Shown here piece by piece: positions 1 to 9,153 of a stretch of 64,000 nucleotides of DNA. Below the pieces are notes generated by a model. The model worked only from the letters and a program-made list of their open reading frames with translations, made no database searches and was not told where the DNA came from. Position 1 is the first letter of the stretch; the number at the start of each line of letters is the position of its first letter. Location of the stretch: positions 1-64,000 of the IMG/VR virus record IMGVR_UViG_3300005537_000001; one strand, given 5' to 3'. The position numbers were made by a program, and so were the translations under genes.

Positions 1-1548
1 TCTATCCCGACGGCATTTTCACCACCGCTAAATCCAACCCCCGGTCAAGCTTACTTTGATCCATCATCTAACGTTGTGTTCATTTATGATGGTCAACAGC
101 AGGCATGGGCCCGCTCAAATCAGAAAACGACCAGGGTCGCCGATGAGCTTCCAATCCAGAAGTTTCAGCTGTTCTTTCTAACAACCTCGGTAATTACCGC
201 CGCGAACCAAAGCCCACTTTGGTTTTTTGACGGCATACAGTGGGTAAATGCAAATTCAACCAACGTTAGAGTTAAAATGGGATCATCTTTCGCGTCATTC
301 GCTGGCGCGCAGCAGATTGGTTCACCAGCCATTAGCGTTGATGGAAGCGTCGGTGTCGACTTGCAAGATGGTGGAACTCTCGGATTAAATTCGGTTGACG
401 ATCAAGCGCTCTGCGCTTTTCCAGCGGTAAATCCGCCAACTGGAACGTTCGCGCTAATCGTGCAGCAGGCGGCAATTTCAGCTCCACCGGTAGCTTCGCT
501 GTGGTTTCAAAGCTTGGGAACTTGGTTTGTTCCTACCGCCGATATGGTTCAGGTGTTAGTTGATGGCGTTTGGCACAACATAGTTGATCCGGGAATTTTG
601 AATTTTTACGGTGCGTTTCTTCCAACCATTCCAAAGGCTGGTGATACTTACTACCTAACTACCACCAGAAGATTGTTGGGATGGGATGGAACATGTTGGG
701 TGCCTATCGACACGGCCGAAAGGGGAGAACCTACTACTCAGAAAACTGGAATTGGTACATCTGGAAAGGCAAATGGTCGAATCCAGTTGGCCTCTACCTT
801 GCAGAGCATGCTTGGTTTTCCAAGCGTTTGCGTTGAACTGCAGCCAAGCTCGTTCAATACCGCGATCGACCGAGCTCTCGGCATGTTCCGCCGCCTCGCC
901 GACAACGCATATCAGCACCGTCACATCGCAATTACCGTTTACGGCAGCACGACTGGTGGTCAAACTTGCTACTACCTCAATGACCCGCGAGACAAAACCG
1001 ATAAGGTTGTAAACGTGCTCAAGATTCACCGCATCAACCAGCTGGGTATCTCATCTCTGTCAGCTGAAACTGGATTGTACGCTCAGGCGTTCTTCAACCA
1101 GCTCTATCAGGGTTCTAACGTGGACGTGCTCTCAATTCACTTGATGAACCAGCTGTCCAAGACCTACGAAAAGATATTTGCTGGTAACCTCATGTTTACG
1201 TGGGATGAGGCAAAGCGTGAACTTACGATTCTCCGCCGCTTCCTCCAGGCACAGGAACGCGTCATCCTCGAAGTCGTCATGGAGCGGGAAGAGGAAGAAC
1301 TATTCGTTGATCGTTGGACGTCACAGTGGATACAGGATTGGGCCGAAGCAGAACTACTTGAGCAGCTTGGTCTTATCCGCAGCAAATACGGCACCCTACC
1401 AGGCGCGCAAGGTGGTCTCACGCTAAACGGCGATACGCTCCTCGCGATGAGCTCTGAAAAGAAGATTGAACTCCGTCGCCAGATAAACGATTTCGAAGTG
1501 GGCAACGGCGGTGTAAACTTTGGCAATACCTCGTTCTTTGAGGGATAG
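1..1548 (+). CDS. Neck/head-completion protein, T4 gp13-like, with a long N-terminal extension (5' truncated by the window)
   Basis: Frame 1 is open from base 1. The C-terminal part has LGFPSVCVEL...AIDRAL and WIQDW...RSKYGTLPGAQGGLTLNG, typical of gp13-like neck proteins. It lies upstream of gp14- and gp15-like genes. Confidence 0.75.
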   Translation, partial: SIPTAFSPPLNPTPGQAYFDPSSNVVFIYDGQQQAWARSNQKTTRVADELPIQKFQLFFLTTSVITAANQSPLWFFDGIQWVNANSTNVRVKMGSSFASFAGAQQIGSPAISVDGSVGVDLQDGGTLGLNSVDDQALCAFPAVNPPTGTFALIVQQAAISAPPVASLWFQSLGTWFVPTADMVQVLVDGVWHNIVDPGILNFYGAFLPTIPKAGDTYYLTTTRRLLGWDGTCWVPIDTAERGEPTTQKTGIGTSGKANGRIQLASTLQSMLGFPSVCVELQPSSFNTAIDRALGMFRRLADNAYQHRHIAITVYGSTTGGQTCYYLNDPRDKTDKVVNVLKIHRINQLGISSLSAETGLYAQAFFNQLYQGSNVDVLSIHLMNQLSKTYEKIFAGNLMFTWDEAKRELTILRRFLQAQERVILEVVMEREEEELFVDRWTSQWIQDWAEAELLEQLGLIRSKYGTLPGAQGGLTLNGDTLLAMSSEKKIELRRQINDFEVGNGGVNFGNTSFFEG

Positions 1549-1565
1549 GACATTCGGCAGCATCT

Positions 1566-1573
1566 TATAAATA
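1566..1573 (+). promoter_or_regulatory. T4-type late promoter TATAAATA
   Basis: Exact T4 late consensus in the intergenic gap before the endonuclease gene. Confidence 0.7.
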
Positions 1574-1602
1574 GATATGTCGAACTTACATCAAGTTGGG
1601 AA

Positions 1603-2583
1603 ATGCAAATGAGCAAAGTTTACAAGCGAAAATATCATATCTTCTATAAAACTACATGTTTAGTAACAAATAAGTTTTATTATGGGATACATTCTACAGA
1701 TGACCTAAATGATGGTTACTTGGGAAGTGGTAGAAGAATATATCGGTCCATAAAGAAGCATGGCGCTAAAAATCATCGACGGGAAATTCTTGAATACTTT
1801 GCTACTCGTAAAGATCTTTCAAATAAAGAAGTGGAGATTGTTAATTCGGATCTTTTAGAAGATCCGATGTGTTTGAATTTAAAGCATGGTGGGGATGATG
1901 GTATATTGAGTGAAGAATCTCGTAAACAACTAGGTAAATCTGTAAAGAAAATGTGGAAACGTCTCAAAGCGGCTGGATATGTTCCACCGCCACAATCACC
2001 CGAAACTATCGCAAAGCGTGCTGCGAAAAATACCGGTAAAAAGCGAACTCCAGAACAAAAATTGAATGCTCAAAGGGCACAACGCAAAGCACAAAAGCGA
2101 TTAGCAAAAGACGTGCAATACAAGACCGAGCTGTCTAGCAAGATAAAAGTTGGTCAAGCAGCGATGTCAGAAGATGCCGTAGCTCTTATGCGGAAGCGTC
2201 AATCCGATGCAGCCATCGCAGAAAGACCAAATCGCTCTGCTGAAAGTTACGAAAAAATGGCAGCAAAGAATAGAGGTAGAAAGCGTTCGCCAGAAACCGG
2301 TCCTAAGATTGCAGCTGCCCACAAGGCAAAAACGGTTACCATTCTAGTTCCTAAAAAGAAGCAAGCTAGAACATGGACGATTGTAGCAGAAAATGGTGAT
2401 GTATTTGATGTAGAGAATCTAAAAACTTTTTGCATTGAGAAAAACATTCCACAGTCACGCATGTACAAATCACTGCTAAACAGAAAGTTTGTAGCTGGAT
2501 ATCGTGCTATTTCAGTTAGAAATACCGAATACGTTAAACCTATTTCAGTTTGGAAAACCAACCCGATTCTCAAGGCAGCGTAA
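1603..2583 (+). CDS. Free-standing GIY-YIG-type homing endonuclease with NUMOD3-like repeats
   Basis: N-terminal IFYKTTCLVTNKFYYGIHST...YLGSG, followed by basic repeats SPETIAKRAAKNTGKKRTPE and SAESYEKMAAKNRGRKRSPET. AT-rich. Confidence 0.8.
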   Translation: MQMSKVYKRKYHIFYKTTCLVTNKFYYGIHSTDDLNDGYLGSGRRIYRSIKKHGAKNHRREILEYFATRKDLSNKEVEIVNSDLLEDPMCLNLKHGGDDGILSEESRKQLGKSVKKMWKRLKAAGYVPPPQSPETIAKRAAKNTGKKRTPEQKLNAQRAQRKAQKRLAKDVQYKTELSSKIKVGQAAMSEDAVALMRKRQSDAAIAERPNRSAESYEKMAAKNRGRKRSPETGPKIAAAHKAKTVTILVPKKKQARTWTIVAENGDVFDVENLKTFCIEKNIPQSRMYKSLLNRKFVAGYRAISVRNTEYVKPISVWKTNPILKAA

Positions 2584-4577
2584 TGGCAAGAACTCCAGAT
2601 TCGTCTACAACTTTATCTTGCGAAGGCCAAGAATTGGTTTGTGAAAATCAAGTTGGCAGCCTCAACAGCACGTCGAGCACTCCAACCCAAGTAGGAAACG
2701 CGCCACCACCAGCGAGCGGTGTTAATACCGGTGCCGCCGGCGGCACCGCGACGCAGCCATACACGCCTCCTCAGCTTTGCGTTGGTACGTTCATGCTGGT
2801 TGGCAGCGACGATCAGTGCGCCATCAACGAAGCTAACATCCAAGCCTCCTATGTAGCTGAATCCCTAAGCATTTCAGGTGCCCCAATTAATGTTTATCCA
2901 CTGTTGGGTGTCCATCAGCAGGGAAGAGGATCAATTATCGGCGAGGGCATGCTCATTGGATCTCCAGCCGCTCCCGGTTTTCCACTAAGTGGAATTAACG
3001 GTGGAACTGGATGGCGCTCGCTACAATCCGGTGCCGCGGTTACAACATCTGGCGTTTACATCGGCGTCGATTTTGGCATCAAGCTGCTAAGCAAGGATGG
3101 TCATCAATCCGAATATCAACCAGAAGCTCAAAAGTGGACCAGCGTTGGTTGCGTCATGCTGACGCAGTCAAATAACCCAGGATTTTTCGCGCAGCAGGTA
3201 CGAGTTGATACGGCAAACGGTGATGTTACGTTCGCTACTCCGACGTTTCGCGGTACTGGTAATGGAACAGTTGGTGGAATTGAGCCCGGTTCCAACGTAA
3301 CGCAGGGTGCCTTGATACTTCAAGCTCTTAACGCGACGATGTTTAGCGTGTTCGCTCAGCTTCCGAGCATGGTTCTTAACCTCGGCACGGCAATGGTAGG
3401 TCGCAAATTTCACAGCACCTACGCAAACTTCACGGTTAACATGGGATCAATTCCATTTGCAGCTGGAGACATGTTCAACATCGCGGTGAATTACATTTGG
3501 TGCCGAGCTGGTGTATTCAACGTTATACAGTCGCCAAGCCCTCAGCCTCTTAACCTTAACACCAAAATTCTAGTAAAGGCTGTGCGCGTAACGCCGATAA
3601 TGTTCAACGGATCTGGAAATTGGGAAGTCGATGATTTAGACGTGCTTGACGGTTCTCCAACCAACATCAACAACATTCAAGATTTGTTCTTCAATGAAAA
3701 TCGTGATCGGGATTACAACACTACCCCAATTCAACTGCGCTGCGCCTACACGCCAGCTGATTCGCTAAACGATCTTAGCAAGTACGGGCTCAACATTCTC
3801 GATCAATACGTTTTCACGACGTCGTTTGCCGTAATGGTTCAAAAGCTTGGGCGCCCAATAATGATCGGTGATATTCTTGAAGTTATTCCTGAGCTTCAGT
3901 ATGATCAAAATCTGATGCCGGTTAGAAAATTTCTAGAGGTAACAGATTCAAACTGGGCGTCGTCTGGATTTAGCCCAGCTTATCTACCCATCGTTTACCG
4001 ATTTACGGCCCAACAGGCGATGCCATCTCAGGAAACTCGCGACATTTTTGGCACCGCGAATACTGAAAAGTACCTGATGGCCGACGCGCTCTTCAACAAT
4101 GGAATTGGCAAGCAGGTAGATACCATACCGCTAACGCGCACCGAAGAAATATCCAAGATGGCAGCCAACAAAGTTCCGGAAGTTGGATCCGATGATAATC
4201 GCTCAGTTGCCGCGGTTCACACGCCTCAAGCTGGTCCGCCTAAAAATAAGAAAGGACAACCAGCCGCGGCAGCTAATCCGGTTGCTGGTACTGTACCTAA
4301 CGCGTACATCGAAGATGCCTTACCTCCAAATGGTTTGCCGTTTGGTGAAGGTTTCGCGTTCCCGACATCACCACCTCCAAAGGATGGAGATTATTTCAGG
4401 CTGTCATATCCGCCTGAAACTAAAATTCCTGCCCGGCTGTTTAGATTTTCCACGATTAAAAATCGTTGGATATTCCTGGAGCAAGATAGGCGAGGACAGT
4501 ATACGTCAGCTAAACCATCGGTCAGAAACATTCTGCAGTCACCAAATCGAGTGCCAATTGACAGGAAGCTAACATGA
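2583..4577 (+). CDS. Neck protein, T4 gp14-like, with large insertions
   Basis: AESLSISGAPINVYPLLG and KLGRPIMIGDILEV motifs; position between gp13-like and gp15-like genes. The ATG at 2583 overlaps the upstream stop. Confidence 0.65.
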   Translation: MARTPDSSTTLSCEGQELVCENQVGSLNSTSSTPTQVGNAPPPASGVNTGAAGGTATQPYTPPQLCVGTFMLVGSDDQCAINEANIQASYVAESLSISGAPINVYPLLGVHQQGRGSIIGEGMLIGSPAAPGFPLSGINGGTGWRSLQSGAAVTTSGVYIGVDFGIKLLSKDGHQSEYQPEAQKWTSVGCVMLTQSNNPGFFAQQVRVDTANGDVTFATPTFRGTGNGTVGGIEPGSNVTQGALILQALNATMFSVFAQLPSMVLNLGTAMVGRKFHSTYANFTVNMGSIPFAAGDMFNIAVNYIWCRAGVFNVIQSPSPQPLNLNTKILVKAVRVTPIMFNGSGNWEVDDLDVLDGSPTNINNIQDLFFNENRDRDYNTTPIQLRCAYTPADSLNDLSKYGLNILDQYVFTTSFAVMVQKLGRPIMIGDILEVIPELQYDQNLMPVRKFLEVTDSNWASSGFSPAYLPIVYRFTAQQAMPSQETRDIFGTANTEKYLMADALFNNGIGKQVDTIPLTRTEEISKMAANKVPEVGSDDNRSVAAVHTPQAGPPKNKKGQPAAAANPVAGTVPNAYIEDALPPNGLPFGEGFAFPTSPPPKDGDYFRLSYPPETKIPARLFRFSTIKNRWIFLEQDRRGQYTSAKPSVRNILQSPNRVPIDRKLT

Positions 4578-4717
4578 CGCCCTGCAAGACATGCGCTAAG
4601 GTAAGGCAGATATTGTCAACCGTCGCTAGACGTCCGATGCAGTTCATGACGCCGCGCGCCGCACCACCGTTTCAACCGGCTTCCACGGTTACCAAACCAG
4701 CGCTGCGGGGAAAATGA
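4574..4717 (+). CDS. Small hypothetical protein, 47 aa (MTPCKTCAKVRQ...)
   Basis: ATGA overlap with the upstream stop; fills the gap exactly; CxxC near the N-terminus. Confidence 0.5.
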   Translation: MTPCKTCAKVRQILSTVARRPMQFMTPRAAPPFQPASTVTKPALRGK

Positions 4718-4721
4718 GAAT

Positions 4722-5780
4722 ATGAGATTTACAGAATTTTTGATCGAAGCAAAGGAAGCCCAAACTAAGGTTAGCCTTAAGCTACAAATGATGCTTCCAC
4801 TTACGGACGATGAGATAAAAGCTTCACTTAGGGGATTAGTTAGCGGTGAGGTTCGACTTCATGATTCTACCAGCGTGAAGAAGCAGTCTAGCGGCTGGAA
4901 CATTCACGCTGATCCGACCATTGGCGAGCACGGTGCTGAAATTATTTCTCCAAGGCTATCTCTAAACGATTCGCTTCACGCGCTCGCTAAAATATGTGAT
5001 TGGATGTCTGAGCAGGACGCCAAGACAAACGATTCTTCATCCCTCAAAATCGACATCAGCATTCCCAACATCGGTGAAAAGCTGGATCCGGTAAAGTTGA
5101 TTATGCTAATGGATGATCACGCGGCTACGGCGCTCGCAAAATACGCCCACAAATATTCAGAACCACAGATTGAAGTGATAGCGCAAAAAGTAAAGCTGAC
5201 CGGAAAGCTGCCAGAAACTCTTGATGACATGGAAAGAGATGCTCATAAATTTCTAGGAATTCGCTCTGGGCAAAATAAGCTTTCGATGGGTATCCTAGAG
5301 CTGCGAATTGATGGTGGAGCTGGTTATGAAAAATCACCATCTGACCTCAAGAAGAAAATTTTCAAGCTGGTAAACGCGGTAGAGGTTGCCTGCGATCCAA
5401 TGTCTGAAAAATCAGAATATTTGAGCAAGCTCTTGGAGCTGTTTAACTCAGCTAGTGACGATGAGCACGTTACCAAGAACGACATGCACAAGATACCCGA
5501 AGATCTACACCGGCTCTACAAGCTTAACGCTCAGGTAAATCATGCCTGGAAGATATTCGATAAAGATCAAATTCACGGTGACGCGAGACACGCGCTGATT
5601 ATCATGATAAATATAGCTCTGAAGACGGTTAAGGAATTTAAAACGTCGCTTAACCTACAAGAGAAAACGCTGTTTAAGCGGCTTGCAAAGCAGGTAGCTC
5701 TCCAGACATCAGATGTTGATTCGTATTATGGACACGATGACATGGCGAGATTAAACTTCAAGAAAGAAATAGGTGTTTGA
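4722..5780 (+). CDS. Amidoligase-2-like fold protein, probably degenerate; candidate virion-internal protein
   Basis: WNIHADPTIG...AEIISPRL and LELRIDGG resemble putative amidoligase motifs. N-terminus is MRFTEFLIEAK. Confidence 0.55.
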   Translation: MRFTEFLIEAKEAQTKVSLKLQMMLPLTDDEIKASLRGLVSGEVRLHDSTSVKKQSSGWNIHADPTIGEHGAEIISPRLSLNDSLHALAKICDWMSEQDAKTNDSSSLKIDISIPNIGEKLDPVKLIMLMDDHAATALAKYAHKYSEPQIEVIAQKVKLTGKLPETLDDMERDAHKFLGIRSGQNKLSMGILELRIDGGAGYEKSPSDLKKKIFKLVNAVEVACDPMSEKSEYLSKLLELFNSASDDEHVTKNDMHKIPEDLHRLYKLNAQVNHAWKIFDKDQIHGDARHALIIMINIALKTVKEFKTSLNLQEKTLFKRLAKQVALQTSDVDSYYGHDDMARLNFKKEIGV

Positions 5781-6330
5781 GGTTGTTATGTTTAATTTGA
5801 ATTGGAAAATAGCTATGTCAACAGTGGGTTTAGATGGATTAACTGGATATCAGCGTAGGGGTAAAGCCATAAAGGCCGCCAAACTAGCAAAAAATCCCAA
5901 TTATTATGATGATTGGGGTAAGAAAATAATTACAATTTTGGGTGAAGATGGATTAAAGAAAAGAGGAAAGGCAATAGCAGCAAATGTGGATACAAAAGCC
6001 CGCGGAAAAGCAATTAGTATTGGGCTAGATAGATATTTTACCGCTCATAGAAAGAAACCTAATGCGGCTAGACAAGCGTACAGAAATAAGATATCTAATT
6101 TATCACGTAAAAATGATTTAAGCGTTCTTGATAATTATCATTTGTGGGGCAATGTCGGTGGTTATGATTTAGATCACATATATTCTGTACAGGATGGATG
6201 GAAAAACGGTGTTCCACCCGAAATTATGTCTCATATTTCAAATTTGAGATTCATACCTAAACGGGAAAATGCACGCAAAAGAAATAAATCCCTAATTACT
6301 CTTGAACAATTATTGGAGAATACAAAGTGA
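5773..6330 (+). CDS. HNH homing endonuclease-like protein
   Basis: C-terminal YDLDHIYS...SNLRFIPKRENARK. AT-rich. Overlaps both neighbours. The start may be the ATG at 5788. Confidence 0.7.
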   Translation: MFEVVMFNLNWKIAMSTVGLDGLTGYQRRGKAIKAAKLAKNPNYYDDWGKKIITILGEDGLKKRGKAIAANVDTKARGKAISIGLDRYFTAHRKKPNAARQAYRNKISNLSRKNDLSVLDNYHLWGNVGGYDLDHIYSVQDGWKNGVPPEIMSHISNLRFIPKRENARKRNKSLITLEQLLENTK

Positions 6331-7070
6331 TCGGGTTTTACTTTTATGATGCCCAGCTTAGAAGCTACCTACTACAGTTTTGCAACATTTTTGCCGGCCT
6401 GCAGGTAAAAACTGGAAAGGGCGTGTGCGAAGAACCAGAATTTATTACCGTGCCAATCGCGATAGGTAGTCGAGATCGCGTGGTAGCTGGAATACAAGCT
6501 GGTAACACCCAGAATAAACCATTTTCTCTACCAACAATGGCAGCTCAGCTGACCGGTCTTACGCGCGGCGTAAGAAAGGGCATTGGCATCGTCGATCGAA
6601 GAACTTATCTACCTGAAGGTGGTGTATTTCCTACCGATCTCAGGGTTGCAGAACGATCAATGCCGATACCATACATCATGTCGATTGAACTTTCGATCTA
6701 TGCGTCCAACACGCAGCAGATGCATCAAATATCCGAGCAAATAATGACGCTGTTTGACCCGGCGATTCAGATACAAAAGAATGACGCTGCGTTTGACTGG
6801 ACAAAAATAAGCGTCGTAGAAAATACTGGCATCAACATCGAGGAAAATTATCCACCCGGTGGAGATAGAAGAATGATCATTTGGTCGTTCACCTTTGACG
6901 TGCCAATCTACATATCAGCTCCAATGGATATCAAGGAGGAGCTGGTGCGCACCATCATAATCCGCTTAGGAAACTTAGGTGGATTCACCGTAAATGAGTA
7001 TGACGATGAGGGAAATCTAGTACCTTTCACAGCTGATGCACAGTATGGTACCGTTACAGTCACCGGATAG
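6327..7070 (+). CDS. Tail terminator / sheath stabiliser, T4 gp15-like
   Basis: YFYDAQLRSYLLQF, VPIAIG, LPTMA and PIPY...ELSIYA...QI motifs; directly upstream of the sheath gene. Confidence 0.8.
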   Translation: MIGFYFYDAQLRSYLLQFCNIFAGLQVKTGKGVCEEPEFITVPIAIGSRDRVVAGIQAGNTQNKPFSLPTMAAQLTGLTRGVRKGIGIVDRRTYLPEGGVFPTDLRVAERSMPIPYIMSIELSIYASNTQQMHQISEQIMTLFDPAIQIQKNDAAFDWTKISVVENTGINIEENYPPGGDRRMIIWSFTFDVPIYISAPMDIKEELVRTIIIRLGNLGGFTVNEYDDEGNLVPFTADAQYGTVTVTG

Positions 7071-7115
7071 CCTCTGCAAAGTTGTCGGTTTATAAGGGAA
7101 AATCCTGCATTGAGG

Positions 7116-7151
7116 TAAATATCATCGATAGAAGACGACGCGGTGTCGTCT
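7116..7151 (+). promoter_or_regulatory. Late promoter TAAATA (7116-7121) followed by a 5' stem-loop AGACGAC/GTCGTCT (7133-7151)
   Basis: Motif and 7-bp inverted repeat seen upstream of the sheath gene. Confidence 0.55.
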
Positions 7152-7185
7152 AATTAATGAATTCTCATAGTATGGAGTCACCAAT

Positions 7186-9030
7186 ATGGCCACGTTAGTT
7201 TCACCAGGCGTGAGTGTTACAGTCATCGACCAGTCGTTCTTTATCCCGGCTGCGGCACCAACTGTCCCACTGATTTTCGTTGCGACACAGGCTAACAAGC
7301 TACAGCCAGATAATGTAACGCCTGCAACAGGTACTCAAGAGCACAGCGTTGTTCGCACCGTTACATCCATCGGTCAGTCAGTTCAGCTTTATGGCGTGCC
7401 ATTCTTCCGAACTGATAGTTCTGGAAATGCATTTAACGGTTCAGCCCTAAATGAATACGGCTTGTTCGCCCTTAACGAATTTCTTGCTATCGGTAACCTC
7501 GCGTACGTAGTGCGCGCAAACGTTGACCTTCGAAATGCCGCCGTAACATTTATCGGCATTGGAACACCAGTTGCGTCTGGAACGACATTTACCGGCGTTG
7601 GTAACGGCACGATTAATTCAATTACAGCTTCGTCAGCATTTGTTCAGCCACAGACGATAGACGTAATCTTCAACACGACAACCAACTTTACGGTTCAAGG
7701 CTCCGTTTCCGGAATCATCGGCACTGGAATCGTTGGCGTACCATTCACGTCAAGCATAATCAACTTTACGGTTGCTTCTGGTTCGACACCATTTTCACCA
7801 GACGATTTCTTCCAGTTTAACCTTGTCTATACGCCAACATCATATTCCGGCGTGGGCAACGGCATAATGTCAGCAATTACTCCAGGAGTTAACGCGGTTC
7901 CAGAAACATGGTCCATCGTCTTCACGTCACCAACAGCATTCACCGTAACTGGATCTATCCAGGGTCCAACCGCCTCTGGCACAACCGGTTCTGCGTATAC
8001 GAATGGCTTCATCAACTTCACGTTGACACCTGGAACAACGCCATTTAACATCGGTGATGAATTCCAGCTTGTCCTAACGCAGGTAAATCTTTTCAACCCA
8101 CTTGGCGCTACAGATGCCGCGCAGCGCGTTGCCATCACCACCGCGATAGCTGCTGAAATCAACAACAACCCAGAAGTTCAATCTGATATATTCCAGTACA
8201 ACCTAATCGTAGCTCCTGGATATTGGGAAGTTGTCAATGACCTGCAAAATCTGTCAAATAAGGTTTATGGTGAAGCATTCGTAATCGCCGATACACCAAG
8301 CAACCTAACCGCTGAGCAGGTGGCAAATTGGGGTAACACGACCGCTCGCGCGAATGGAACAAACGTAGCTTACTACTACCCATGGGGTCAGGGTTCAAAT
8401 CTTGACGGCAAGCCGGTAGTTGTTGCTCCATCCGGCATCGCGCTAGCTACCTACGCATTTAGCGACAGCGTATCGTACGTATGGTTTGCTCCAGCTGGAG
8501 TTGCACGTGGTGTAGTATCTGGAATCAAATCTGTCGGCTACGTATCTGGCGCGCTAGGAACGGCCGCTGCGTACACTCAAGTCAATTTGAACCAGGGTCA
8601 ACGCGATAATCTATACCAGTTCTTCACGGATATCAACCCAATCGTGTTCTTCCCAAGTCAGGGTCTGTTGGTATGGGGTCAAAAGACTTCTCCAGCAGCC
8701 GCTTCGGCTCTTGATCGCGTAAACGTAGTTCGCTTGGTAATGTTCATTAAGCGTCAGCTTCGAATCGGCTCTATGCCTTTCGTGTTCGAACCAAATGACG
8801 CTATTACGCAGGCAAATCTTGCGGCGGCGGCCAGCGCTTTCCTAAATGACATCTTGACAAAGCGTGGATTGTTTGACTTCGTTGTTCTATGCAACGCATC
8901 CAACAACCCACCATCAGTCGTTGAACAGAATCAACTTTTCATGGATGTAGCCATTCAGCCAGTAATCGCGGCAGAATTCATCTACATTCCAATTACTGTC
9001 CTATCAACTGGCGCAACTTTGCCAGCTTAA
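7186..9030 (+). CDS. Tail sheath protein (gp18-like)
   Basis: N-terminal LVSPGVSVTVID; WFAPAGVARG; INPIVFFP...VWGQKT; LDRVNVVRL; FVFEPND; C-terminal IQPVIAAEFIYI. Confidence 0.95.
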   Translation: MATLVSPGVSVTVIDQSFFIPAAAPTVPLIFVATQANKLQPDNVTPATGTQEHSVVRTVTSIGQSVQLYGVPFFRTDSSGNAFNGSALNEYGLFALNEFLAIGNLAYVVRANVDLRNAAVTFIGIGTPVASGTTFTGVGNGTINSITASSAFVQPQTIDVIFNTTTNFTVQGSVSGIIGTGIVGVPFTSSIINFTVASGSTPFSPDDFFQFNLVYTPTSYSGVGNGIMSAITPGVNAVPETWSIVFTSPTAFTVTGSIQGPTASGTTGSAYTNGFINFTLTPGTTPFNIGDEFQLVLTQVNLFNPLGATDAAQRVAITTAIAAEINNNPEVQSDIFQYNLIVAPGYWEVVNDLQNLSNKVYGEAFVIADTPSNLTAEQVANWGNTTARANGTNVAYYYPWGQGSNLDGKPVVVAPSGIALATYAFSDSVSYVWFAPAGVARGVVSGIKSVGYVSGALGTAAAYTQVNLNQGQRDNLYQFFTDINPIVFFPSQGLLVWGQKTSPAAASALDRVNVVRLVMFIKRQLRIGSMPFVFEPNDAITQANLAAAASAFLNDILTKRGLFDFVVLCNASNNPPSVVEQNQLFMDVAIQPVIAAEFIYIPITVLSTGATLPA

Positions 9031-9038
9031 GAGTTGTA

Positions 9039-9060
9039 GGAGGGCACTTAAGTGCCCTCC
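9039..9060. terminator. Perfect 22-bp palindrome GGAGGGCACTTAAGTGCCCTCC; probable terminator or processing hairpin
   Basis: Self-complementary sequence directly after the sheath stop. There is no clear U-tract. Confidence 0.5.
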
Positions 9061-9110
9061 AGCTTATGATAGTGCTATTTTGGAAAAAGAAGAACTATTA
9101 CGGTTGTTCC

Positions 9111-9117
9111 ATAAATA
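9111..9117 (+). promoter_or_regulatory. Late promoter ATAAATA
   Basis: Recurrent motif upstream of the tail tube gene. Confidence 0.6.
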
Positions 9118-9153
9118 AACGCAAGAACAGCCTCTTGTTTGAAGGAGAATATC

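Noticed and set aside
9039-9060. 22-bp palindrome as an origin or packaging site
   Set aside because: Single copy right after a stop codon; a terminator or processing hairpin is the simpler explanation.
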